Assembly: GCA_964016885.1 (NCBI GenBank)
Contig: OZ024764.1
Span: forward strand, 21,266,001 to 21,330,000
Direction: 5' to 3'
Source: Eledone cirrhosa
Lineage: Eukaryota
Length of the DNA: 64,000 nt
The translations under genes were made by a program, and so were the position numbers. This document shows, in pieces, positions 52,127-64,000 of the stretch. Below the pieces are notes generated by a model. It saw nothing but the letters and a program-made list of their open reading frames with translations, did no database searches and was not told the DNA's origin. Numbering within the stretch: position 1 is the stretch's first letter; the number at the start of each line of letters is the position of its first letter.

Positions 52127-52784
52127 CTGTATCAATATCAAACTCATTACATCATACAACAACAACAACAACAATTGTGTAGATCCATCATCCTTGCTAA
52201 AACTGGGGTTAACCTTGTAGGTTTTACCTATGACAGGGATCATAAACACCAGGTTTCCATTTTTGAAGTAGTGTTTGAAGATTTTGTGTAAATTGAAGTT
52301 TTTCACGTTAAACTTTGATTTATTATACTTTAACAGGTAAGATATATATTTGTATTTTTGGTAAAGGTTGGGAACTTCTGTAATTTAAACATGCCAATAA
52401 AATGAAAACTTTTGTTGTTGCTAGTCAGACATTGATATTAAGTCTATTGTCCTGTACATTGTCTCAAATATCACAGATTAAACGGATTTTAACAATAACA
52501 ACAGAAATCAATAACTTGTAAGCCTAATATCTAGCTTCCATTTTAACTATTTGATATTGTTGTTCCCCTCCTGTCTCTTCAGGTCTTTTAGATTTCAACT
52601 TCTATCTACTGTACTATTCCATCACCAAGGCAACATTCATCTGGCTGGCAGCATACATCAACTACAGATCTCATCAGTGGTTCACAACAGGCTGCCTGAA
52701 AGAAACTTCCAGATATCTTCTATGTCATAGCTATCAATCTCCTCCTCCTTATCATATGTATCATGTAGAACATCTCTGAATTTA

Positions 52785-53020
52785 TATTTAACAGGGAGAT
52801 ATTTTACTGTCCCTACCTCTTTCTCTAGGTTGTCTTGTACCTCTCTCACAGTCCTTGTAGATCTTATATTTAACAAGATCTTTTACTGTCCCTACCCTTT
52901 TCTCTAGGTTGTCTTGTACCAGTCTCACAGTCCCTCTAGATCTTATATTAAACAGGGAGATCTTTTACTCTCCAACCCTTCTATCTCCAGATAGTCTTGT
53001 AACTGTCAGTCCCGCTAGAT
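52785..53020 (-). repeat. 82-bp RTE-derived minisatellite (~3 units)
   Basis: Reverse complement of the 7831-8265 unit. Confidence 0.8.
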
Positions 53021-53199
53021 CTCTTCACCTTTATCTCTTCACCTGATTGAAGTAACTAGATCAAGTAACTAGATGGTTTCCTGTAAGTTAGTGTTGTAGT
53101 GTTTGTGTCACCATGTAAGGTTTATATCTATTAATATAGAGATGTAGTAAAGTTTTCACTGTTGTATCTCTACTTTCTAAATATCTTAATAATGTTTCT

Positions 53200-53600
53200 C
53201 TACTATTTCAGAATATCACATGACCTTGACAGAAAAGAGTCTTTTAAAGACAACAGAAAGATGTTACATACAAGTGATATAAACTTCTTTAGTCTGTGGT
53301 GAATTATGGTGAAATATTTCTTCTGAATTGAGATAAATAACAACATTTTCCTTTTTCACTGTCTGGAATATTTACAAGATGATTTTACATTCTGATTAAA
53401 CTTTGGATATTTACAAAGGAGTTTTCAAAATATTTGGATATTGACAAAGATCACATTTGGTAAAATTATGAACAATAGAAATATTTACATCAACATAGGA
53501 ATATTTTCCAGAAGAGATGGGATAATCATTATACCACTGTAATATTTGTGGTAAAGTATTCTCTCTTCTTTATATGTAGAACATCTAACTAAACACTTTA
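53200..53600 (+). pseudogene. Relic C2H2-ZNF exon (inverted copy)
   Basis: Acceptor at 53210-53211, then MG*SLYHCNICGKVFS at 53517-53564. Confidence 0.6.
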
Positions 53601-54272
53601 ACTAACAAACTATTATGCTATAGAATTGACAAACTTGAGGAATGTTTAATAAATGTTACAGATTTCTCCAAACTGTCGTTTACTAACTTTAGTTTGTAGC
53701 TATATTATGTATATACTACTAAAACTCTGTGATTGTGTCTTGTCTGTAATTTAATACAGCTAAAACAGTGCATAATGGGGAAATACTTTGAAAAGAATAA
53801 AACAAGTTTTGTATAAATTGGAGCACAGGTTCCCAAGATACGGGGTTTTCTGAGTACCTTCATAAATATAGGGAGAGAAAGAGATAGTGGTTGTGAGAGT
53901 GTGGATTGAAAAGGAGAGATAGAAGGAGATGGATGGAAAGGGGAAGAGAGAGAGAGCTGGTGGTATATGTGTCTATATATATATATGTCTATATTTTAAC
54001 TATTTGAAAATTATTTTTAAGTGAACATGATTTAAAAATAATAGTTTTAAGGGAACGTGACCCAACAGGTCCCGGGTGGTCTAGTTTGTTACCAAATACT
54101 AGATATTAGAGGGTCATGTTGTTCTAGATGTGCTGGAAGAGCCATTCCATCTCGTGAGGTTCACACCAGCAGCTAGCCACCTCAGCACCTATGGTGGTAT
54201 ATTTATTATATTATTTATTCTTTATCATTAACATTAATATAAAATATAATTATATATTTTTAGAGAAGAACC

Positions 54273-54840
54273 TTTTTGTTGTGACACCTACAGAACCACT
54301 TTACAGTGTAGACTGGGTACTTTTTGTTGACACCTACATGACCACTTTACAGTTTGCACTGGGTGCTTTTTGTCGTGACACCTACAAGACCACTTTATAG
54401 TGTGGACTGGGTACTTTTTGTTGTGACACCAACATGACCACTTTAAAGTTTTGGCTGGGTTCTTTTTGTTGTCACCTACATGACCACTTTACAGTGTGGG
54501 CTGGGTACTTTTTGTCGTAACATCTACATGACCACCTTATAATGTTGACTGTGTTCTTTACAGTGTGGGTTGGGTGCTTTTTGTCATATCTCCTACATGA
54601 CCACCTCATAATGTTGACTGTGTGTTCTTTGCAGTGTGGGTTGGGTGCTTTTTGTCATATCTCCTACATGACCACCTCATAATGTTGACTGTGTGTTCTT
54701 TGCAGTGTGGGCTGGTTTCTTTTTGTCATATCACCTACATGACCACCTTATAATGTTGGCTGTGTGTTCTCTACAGTGTGGGTTGGGTGCTTTTTGTCAT
54801 ATCTCCTACCCAACCACTTTGCAGTGTGGGCAGTGAAATA
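54273..54840 (-). repeat. 48/70-bp SINE-derived minisatellite
   Basis: Reverse complement of 23975-24600. Confidence 0.85.
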
Positions 54841-55608
54841 TCAGTAATGCACCAGCTCCAATATTCAGTAATCAGAAGAAGGGAGGTAGGCATAAAAGCC
54901 AAACTTGCTGTCTTCAATTAGGTTTTTGTGCCAACCCTTACCTATGATCACATATCTTGGGTAATGACCAAAAGAATATGATTGGGAATACAAGTGGCAG
55001 ATATGGGATTCCTCTAAAGGGTCTTTGAAGGAACTTTTCTCAATAAAGTGCATAGCTCTGAGATCAGAGAGTCACTCCAGGTGGAGCTGTTACTTCTCCG
55101 AATTGAGAGATCACAGCTGCAATACTATGGCCATGTGGTTAGAATGTCTGAGGAAAGAATCACTGGATAGATTTTACAGGCAAAACTAACCGGCAGGAGA
55201 CCCAGGGGTAGACCTGAGCAAGATGGTCACATAATATCCATGAGCTTGGCTGGTCTCTCTGGGAGATCCAGCCAGATCAGTTGGAGTGGGTTGCTTCTGA
55301 CAGGACCTGTTGGAGGGAGTGTTTGAGGACTCTGCCCCCAAGACCCTCTCTGGAATAAGTGGGTTAATAAGAAGAGGTTGAGGTTACATCATCAACATCA
55401 GATTTCCCTGCTAGCAAGGGTTTAATGAGTCTACTTCAACCAAGTATGTACTGAAGTGAGGCTACTGATCTCCCAGACAGACCAAGGATCTGAGACTTAT
55501 TTACATAAGGTCTCATTTGCTACTGAGTGCACAGAAAAGGTTGTCATGTCTTTGTCATGATTGAAGGATTCTCCAACACTATTGTCGGGTAAGCTTTCTA
55601 TGGCTAGA

Positions 55609-56992
55609 TGCAGTAATATCCACAACAAAAGCCAGATGTTGGAGCCAACTTTCATCTTTTATTTCACCTGTGTTTTGACCTTTCATCTCCCAAAACATAA
55701 TTATTTCAACAAATAGAATCTTTTCAGCACTTTGTCACATGTCAACCAGCAGACTTCTGTGTAGAATGGAACTTCGGTGAACTGATTATCCATATCTTCC
55801 AACAACTGGCTGAACTGACGGTAGTTGAGAGCACGGCCTCTGATTTAGTTCACTGTCTTTGTGACCAAGCTAAGCACATGATGCAATTTTAAAATCTTTG
55901 AACATAAATTTTGCTTATGAATAATACAGTGAAAATGTGCAAATGATGAATCTAGATATGAGTTTTCTATTTTTGTTTGTAACTTGGCAGCAACACCATT
56001 ATGTCTACCAACCATATTTGCAGCACTGTCAGTAGATAAACATGCAAGTTTACTCAGATCAAAACCATGCAGACCCTGCTTGACCTTCTCAAAGATGTCC
56101 TGGCTCGTTATAGTGTCATGCATGGGGACCAGTTCAATCAGTTCTTCATAAATATTAAATTCACTGTCACAGGCCCTGATGAAGAATGCAAGCTGTACTA
56201 TTCCAGTGATGTCAACAGTCTCTTCAATAGCAATAGAAACATGTTCAAACCTTGATGATACAGCCTTTAACTGTTGTTTCAGATCACCTGACATTTCATT
56301 AATCTGTTCAGCAACAGTGTTACTGGTTAATGAAATGTCTTTGAATAACTCTGCTTTCTCTGGACAATTTCAGCTGTTTTTACAAGACATTGCTTTACAA
56401 AATCTCCTTCACTGTAAGATTTCCCACTCATGGCAATCATTTGACTGCGTTCATAGCTTGCAGTAACAGAAGTGACATTCTCTTCCTGAATTAACATAAA
56501 ACAGGTCTATTGCTGTGTCAAGTTAGACTTCAATTCCTTGAGTCTTGAAACACACATTGGGCCTTCATATTTATCGTAAGATCGAGGGTTTGTTTCATAA
56601 TGTCTTTTTAAATTGTACTCTTTTGTCGTGGCGATGTAGTTGTTGCAAATGAAACGGTGTATCTTTCTGTTCACCATTGGGCAAAAATACTGTAATTCCC
56701 ACTTTTCTTGAAACACTTGCCCTTCTTCGTTCAATTTCCTTTTTATCTTAGCTGGAGGAGCACTAACCATTTCAAAAACAAAAACTTTTGAAATTTTGAA
56801 AGAAAGTTTTCTGTTAATGAGCTGCACGTGATTAATGGAAGTTAAAAGTAGTTGACAAAAATTGCACAAAAAAAACAATCGTATCGAACAATTTTTAAAT
56901 TTTATATTAAGAAAATGAAACATGCTCGCATGTAAAAACCTTTGTGTGGGCCGCAGGTTTGCTTGCAAAGGGCCGCATGTTTGATGTGTCTG
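55609..56992 (-). mobile_element. hAT fossil, 3'-truncated inverted copy
   Basis: The left TIR ends at 56992. A deletion junction at ~55610 removes the C-terminus and right TIR. Confidence 0.88.
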
Positions 56993-57809
56993 ATGTGGGT
57001 TACCAACACTAGGGAGGGCAGCATGTCCTTCAATGTCTTCTGCTACATTAACTACCAGGAGGTCACCACATGACACAAAGACATTTCAACGAAGGGTCAC
57101 AAAAGAACTAAATACAAAAGTACCCACAATTCAGCAAAAAGCAAATAATTGAGCTTTGGGTCTAGGTTAAGGGGGCAGAAGTGCTGTGGCCTGTGGACAA
57201 GACTACAAAAGTATCCCCCCCCCCCTGGACGATGGACAGTTACACCCACTGCAACAGCCACCCCAACCTCATGGGGCTCCCTCTTCAGAAAAGCCACCAA
57301 CGTTCTGATCTTACAGAGGAGCTTGGCAGTACGGGGTCCAAGTACTTCTGAGGTCTCGATGGTGACCGGTGTGAAGAGACCTACAATTGATGTCATCCCA
57401 GTTACGTAGGACTGTAATATACTGGGGTATAGAGAGGCCTTAACCTGTCACAGCCGGGCCACCCAGGGTTGTGTCATCTAGGTACCAGACAGGGGTAACT
57501 AGACCATGTTGTCAACTGTCACCACCAATAGGAGTGAGGCGAGTGGGTCCCCTTGCTAGACACCATATATAAAAACGTATTTGCTAATTACTTTAGTGAA
57601 TAATTTGTTTCATACGTAATTATTACTTTTAACACAATAGGATTTTGTACACGTGTTTGTTTGAAAACATCTTTCAAAGAAGTATGAGACAGTCTTTTGT
57701 AGTGTTTATTATAATAAATTACTGTATGTTGAGCTGTTTTAACTTCTCCACCTTCTATTATTTTATATTGTTTTTGTAAAAAAACGAGATCTTTTTCATA
57801 TATATATAT

Positions 57810-58030
57810 GAAGGCGTGTGGCTGAGTGGTTAGAGAATTGGGTTCGGAATTGTGAGGTTGTGAGTTCGATTCTCAGACTGGGCGATGCGTTATGTCCTTG
57901 AGCAAGACATTTTATTTCACGTTGCTCCTTCTACCTGGAATTGCGACCGATAGATAGTATTAGCAATTGGAAAGACCAATGGAAACATTGTTTCCTCGGT
58001 CCGATTTGACGAAAAGTCGATCATAAAAAA
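57810..58030 (+). mobile_element. tRNA-derived SINE
   Basis: A box TGGCTGAGTGG, B box GAGTTCGATTC. Paralog of 1816-2039. Confidence 0.8.
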
Positions 58031-58619
58031 TATATATAGAGAGAGAGAGAGAGAAACACACAAACATACACTACTGTATTAAATATGTAAGGGGAGACAA
58101 CTCTCGTTACATCCACCCTTCTTTTTGATATACGTCCTTTAAATACTTTGTTCAATGGAACCTGCTTTATTTTGTGTCCTAAGTAGATTTCTGTTTAAGT
58201 ATTTACGCGATTCACAATGATTCACGTAGAGACCCCAGTTAGTGATGTTTTCGTCTCCCTCCCACATCCTACATGCTGTAGTAAAAGTGAGGGTCACTGT
58301 TTCTGTAGACGAACGAAATAAAAGTTAAACTACCAGTAATTATCGGCAAAGTATTTATTCCAGTCTGTGATGTTTGAGAAGCTGGGCTGCTGACAACGAA
58401 GTTGGTGTCACTGTTGGCGGCTGGCTTTACCGAAGTACCCGATGACTCTTGTGAGGGTTCTTAGCTGTTCTGGCGGTTTAGCCCCCATATGACCCGATCT
58501 TACCGAAGTACCCGGTGATCTCTGTAAGAGTACTTAGCTGTTCTATTTTAATTACATTTATTGATTTAAACTTTCATTTTTTCTATTACAAACTTTACAT
58601 AATTTAATTCCGTAAAAAT

Positions 58620-58755
58620 ATCTTACGTCACAAAAAAACATTGAAGCATGCGCAGTGGTGCAGTTGTCGACTTCCTGTCCACGTGTCAGTCTTCCTACAA
58701 CATCATTTAGAAAACATTTCTGTAAATACTAAACACCTGAGACTATAATGTAAGT
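58620..58755 (+). promoter_or_regulatory. Putative promoter/exon 1 of a further ZNF gene beyond the window end
   Basis: TTACGTCA, GCATGCGCA, ACTTCCTG, CACGTG, Inr-like TCAGT (58686) and donor GTAAGT (58750). The nuclear-receptor half site is deleted. Confidence 0.55.
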
Positions 58756-59249
58756 ATTATGTCTATTAATATTGTAGATTTAAGCTCACTTTTCACATCA
58801 CAAATATATATTTTCTTTGTTTCATTACTGGAAATATAAAATGTTATCGTAATTATCTATATTTTACCTACCTCTAATTAATTAAAGTGAAAACTTTTGT
58901 TGTTGCTGAAAAATAAATTAACAAAACTAAATATTTAAATATTCTAAAGGTCGTTTTTATATTATGTGATGATATAATTAATATATTTTATTACAATTGT
59001 ATAAATTTACAGTAGAATAACGTTCTAAATATGTTTTAAATATATACATAAATAACATAAGTGTGTAAATAACATTATAAATTGCTGGCAATTCCTTGAG
59101 AAAGACATTACAAATATATTGTCTAAACTGTGTATAATAATATAATTTATTGAACAATAATGATAAAGGAAAGAAAAACACAGTGGGAGATGGCAATTCA
59201 CCACCAAGTGTGATAATAGGCCACACCTCACACCTTAGGGGTTAACTAC

Positions 59250-59565
59250 ACACTTTGAGGCAAGCCAACACACTGGCAGCATTACTAAGGTGTTGAAATA
59301 ACCAGGTACCCTCACGGGTATCACCTGACACCTCAGTAAGGTGAGGCTAAGGTGCTGAAATAACCAGGTACCCTCACGGGTATCACCTGACACCTCGGTA
59401 AGGTGAGGCTAAGGGGCTGAAATAACCAGGTACCCTCTCGGGTATCACCTGACACCTCGGTAAGGTGAGTCTAAGGGGCTGAAATAACCAGGTACCCTCA
59501 CAGGTATCACCTGACACCTCAGTAAGGTGAGGCTACGGTGCTGAAATAACCAGGTACCCTCACGG
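59250..59565 (-). repeat. 60-bp CRE-derived tandem repeat (~4.5 units)
   Basis: Reverse complement of the 17877 unit, expanded. Confidence 0.8.
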
Positions 59566-60311
59566 AAACGACTAGATTTGTAGAAAAAGTAGGGTGAAAG
59601 TATACAAAGAGATGTAGTTTCACAGATCTACTCACACCTCACGTTGGGTGAGAAATAATTATTTTTCTTAGAATTCTTGCTATACCCCTTTTCCAGTTTT
59701 TTTTCTCTGGACCCCTTAGATACTTGCGATAGATGTTTTATTCCCCAGTATTAGGGTTAGGGTTTCCGTTTTCAGGAAGAAAAGTCGAGAAATAAAATTA
59801 AGGAAAGATAATTATTTCCCAGCCAACTGGAGAAGTGTGTAGCTCTTCTAAACTCTGATAATCCCGTCTCCCACTTCTTTATCTACAAATCTAGTCGTTT
59901 CCTGCTACTTTGAAGGCCCTATTTATTGATAACACCACTTGTAAATCTTTGTCAACTTTTCATACGTAAATTGTGAATCAGTTATTTTTAAACAAACTAT
60001 CAAAGAAGTGATCTCACAGTAACTGTGTTTCATTTAATCAACTTATTACCCCCCCAAAAAAAACATTGTCGACCTTGTGTCTAAATCAGAAACTATTATA
60101 AGATCTTAAATCAACCTCGTAAAGATGAAGGGCAAAGCTAACCTCGGCGGGATTTCAACCCTTTATGTTATGAGTTCAAATCCCACCAAAGTTAACTTTG
60201 TCTTTCATTCTAACGGAGTGGATAAATTAAAATTCCAGTAATCTACTGGGGTCTGAGATATTAAGGTTTGAGTAGATTCTATCTTTTTGTGTGTTTGTAT
60301 TTATAATCTTA

Positions 60312-60420
60312 CTAGAACACCTATGACCTGTTGGGTCACGTTCCCTTTAAAAATAATATTTAAATAATTAAAATATACACAGACATGTATATAATGTAAA
60401 ATGAAATTAGTAGGCCCATG

Positions 60421-60493
<73 letters not shown>

Positions 60494-60802
60494 GTCACTT
60501 GTTCTAATTTTATAACTTTGTTCAACAGCACCACCAGCTATCTCTCTCACATACACCCATTATCTTTCTCTCTCTATTTATAAAGGTACCAGAAAAACCC
60601 CATATCTCGGGAACCTGTGCATTGATTTACGTGAAACTTATTTTATCCCATTTGTATTCCCATTTCAGGGTCAACATCCTTTCAAACTATTTTCCCATTA
60701 TGCCCCGTTTTGGCTGTATTACATTACAGACAAGACACAATCACAGAGTTTTAGGTTTATAATGTTATAGTATCATGATAGGGTAATACAGTTATTTATA
60801 GA
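60312..60802 (-). mobile_element. Helitron-like element (subfamily B), uninterrupted, with internal (TA)n
   Basis: The minus strand begins TCTATAAATAAC and ends GTGACCCAACAGGTCATAGGTGTTCTAG^T. Confidence 0.6.
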
Positions 60803-61319
60803 CCTGTGGTAAATGTTGGTTCAGTCCACCCTGAGGGGTGTAAGTGTTTTATCAGTCTACCCTGAGGGGTGTCAGTGTTGGTCATTGATAACCTTTATAA
60901 CTAGAGGCCTGTTGGTGAGGACAAGCTGGATGTGGTGACATCTTTCTGCTACCTGTGTGACATGTCAGCTGGAAGTGGAGCCAAGTTCACTGCCATCGTG
61001 CTGTGCCACTCCACAGGTAACAAGTTTAGGCAGCTTCTCCTAATCCTCAAGACATGCTGGCTACCATTAGACACCATGGGGCAGGTTTATAACACCTGTG
61101 GGAGAAGTGTGTTGTTTCATGCCAGCGAGACCTGGGCCATGTTATCTGACTGTCTGAATTGACTCCGAAGAAATGACAGAGCTATGATCCACTGGATGTG
61201 TAATGTGACCATTGAGGATGATGTCAGCTCAACTGAGCTCCTAAAAAAACTGCTGATCGACAACCTCAAGGATGTGTTTCACAGGAGACACATGCACTGG
61301 TATGGCCTTGTTGTGCATT

Positions 61320-63670
61320 CTCTCTCAACTCATCTATGCTTGGTTGTTGATGCACATTGACATTGCACATCCAACGGAGCATACTTGCTTCATTTCTCTC
61401 CAGCCATCGCATATCCTCCACAGTTGCTGTCCATGTCTCACTACCTTGCAGCATCACACATCTCACGCAGGCATCACCAGCCATTCGTTCTTAGAGAGAA
61501 ACCCTTCTTTGTCAACATAGGAAGCAGCTCCCTAAACGTCTTCCAACCTGTCCTTATTCTAGATACTATGGCCTCTGAGCACCCTCCTCTCTTGTTAATC
61601 TGATCACCTAGGTACCGGAAGCTATCAACCACTTCTATAGAACCTACCTGCATTTGAAAAATGTGTCTATCACTGCGACTTCTACTGTCAAATTTCCCTG
61701 TACATCTACTGCATATGTATTTTTCCCTACCTGTCAGTTTGCCTGCTATCCCACTACATTTCTTGTGTACCCAAAATCTGCATTGTGTACATTATAGAAT
61801 TTATGCCAGTTCCTTTTCTACATATTGAACAAGGCCATTTCCCTGATGGAATGACAGTTTTGTCCTCACTAAACTCCAGTTTTGTTCCTCACTAAACTCC
61901 ATGCCTACCCTCACTTTACTGACAGCCCCTCTATACATAGCTTGCACTGTTCTCACAAACTATTCCTCTACACCTAGTTTCCTTAGGGACCACCAGATGA
62001 CAGATTGGGGTACTCTATCAAAGGCCTTCTCTAGGTCAACAAAAACTAAGTATAGTGGTTTTCTTCTCTAAGAACCTCTCTTGTAGTTGTCTCACTAAGA
62101 AGAGGGCATCTGTTTGACTCTTTCTCTAAGTTGCGCTAGTATTCTTTCTGTCACTTTCATAACCTGATCCATCAGTTTTATACCCCTATAATTACTCCCC
62201 TCCAGAACATCCCCTTTACCTTTACCTCAATTTATGAGAATACTGCTGCACCAGTCTTTGGGTATGACACCACCATATATAGCTTGATTAATGATGCATG
62301 CAACCAGTTTAATTCCTACTTCTCTTGATGCCTTCAGCATCTCAGCAACTATCCCCAACAGTCCAGCGGACTTACCATTTTTCATTTCCTTAATTGGACC
62401 CTATAGTCATCAATCTCAATAGCTGGTCCTTCTGTCAGGTCTACTGAAGGTAGCTCCCCTCCTATTCATTCTCCACATTCATCAGTCTCTCATAATGACA
62501 TTTCCAGGCCTCCTTTTTTTTGAGAATCAGTGACACTAAGTGCACCAACATCCTGATTTACACTGACACACTGCCTTGCAATGTGGATCACCGCACATCT
62601 CTGATCTCCCCATCGCAGGACATTGGCAAACCTTCTAATCTCAGCCTCCCTGCATGTTAAGTAAACCTGACATCTAGCTTCTCTCTTAGTGGCTGTGTAT
62701 CGGTCTCTACCCCTACCATTTTTCCAAGCCTTTTGTCTCTAATGGCTCTATCTACCGTGCTGTTCCACCACCAGGTCACCCTCTGTCTGGTTGGAACTCT
62801 GCTCCAGCCACAAGTTTCTTCAGTAACCTGCAGTAAGTTGTCACGTAAGAAATTCCAGTTATCGTCCATGTCATAGGACTCTAAATCGTCTTCTTTTTCG
62901 TCATACACATCTTGAAGGGCTTTCCTAAATTTATATTTTAATGAAAGGTCTTTTAGTTTCCAGACCTTCCTTTTTCAAACCTTCTTGTATGTCTCTCTTT
63001 GTCTCTTGCTTACTGAGATGTCACTAACGACTAACCTATGTTGGTGGGGTACATTGTTCCCTGGGGTATGCCTTAGTATTTGACACCATCTGTCTCTCTT
63101 GCTACTTAACTAGCAAGAAGTCAATCTGTCTCATGTGCTCACCTGCTTGGTAGGTTTCTTGAAATGTTGCAAATGCTTAGTTCACTTGCATCACAAAATA
63201 CAAGAAGCCTCACTCTTTCTTCGTTTCTTGAGCCATAACCATGACCACCATGTACCCCAGTGTATCCATCCTGGAACTGTCCAACATGACCATTGAAGTC
63301 CCCTGCTATTATAACTAGGTCTCTGTCATTGTGGTTATGTCTACTTATTCCTTTTCTACATATGGAGCAGGGCCACTTTCCTGAAGGGGTCAGGGTCTTC
63401 TCTCCTATCCATTAGCACTTTAGTTTTGGCTAAGTATATTCTCAGAACTTACCATTTCAAATTCTATATCTATAGCTGGTCATCTACATAGAGAAGTTTC
63501 CATAGACAGCCAGTCTTAAACCTCTCTGTTATGGCTTGGAGAACTATGATGAACAACAGTGGGCTAAGAACTAAACCATGATGAACTCCTACCTGTACCT
63601 TCAATTCATCACTAAACACACTTTACTGACAGCTTCTCACAAGCCATTCTTCTACACCTAATTTCCTTAA
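61320..63670 (-). mobile_element. Degraded RTE LINE (inverted paralog of 11380-13985)
   Basis: ORF 62657-62908 is nearly identical to 12155-12406. There is an internal deletion at ~61865. Confidence 0.88.
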
Positions 63671-63879
63671 CCCTTTAGTATATAAACTGGCCATATCTGG
63701 CCAGAATTGTCCCACATCTTTCTGTTCAAACTGGCCGTAACTGGTCACTTATACTTATGTTAAGGTTTTGTTCTCAAAATAATTAACATCAAAATCTCAT
63801 AGATTTGATATTATGAGAGATAAAGTATTTACTGTGAAAATATAATAGTAAATATAGAGTAATGTGAATACTAAAGGGT

Positions 63880-63980
63880 TAATCTGATGTCACTAATAAC
63901 TACTTTTATCAGTCAGTTTAATCTAATGTCACTAATAACTACTTTTATCAGTCAGTCTAATCTAATGTCACTAATAACTA
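63880..63980. repeat. 39-bp VNTR (~2.5 units)
   Basis: Reverse complement of the 10720-11170 unit. Confidence 0.9.
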
Positions 63981-64000
63981 ACCTATGTTAGGCAGCACAT

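Overview
AT-rich, repeat-dense eukaryotic DNA, most likely from an octopus (coleoid cephalopod) C2H2 zinc-finger cluster. That assignment is inferred from the [21 protein letters not shown] finger style and the SINE/RTE repertoire. The window is almost entirely one ~18-20 kb cassette amplified several times: direct copies at ~1466-19676 and ~19677-40228, partial copies at 1-1465 and 40229-45697, and an inverted copy at ~49960-64000. A full cassette carries one poly-C2H2 gene (10 fingers at 8893-9765, 13 at 28292-29407, and an 11-finger pseudogene at 51180-52126). It also carries a putative promoter and non-coding first exon 8-9 kb upstream, a relic one-finger paralog, a hAT fossil with an 8-bp TSD, two opposed Helitron-like elements, RTE and CRE retrotransposon fragments, SINEs, and VNTRs with 39, 48, 60 and 82 bp units. 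Copy-specific elements are a DD37D/maT mariner, a large CRE-clade retrotransposon, a Tigger/pogo fossil and a near-intact RTE LINE at the inversion axis. The main signals are hypervariable finger recognition helices inside nearly identical duplicates, repeated CRE 3'-end sequence around the promoter, VNTRs derived from retroelement sequence, and an intronic VNTR made of branch-point/AG-like units. Everything was read by eye, with no alignments or database searches.
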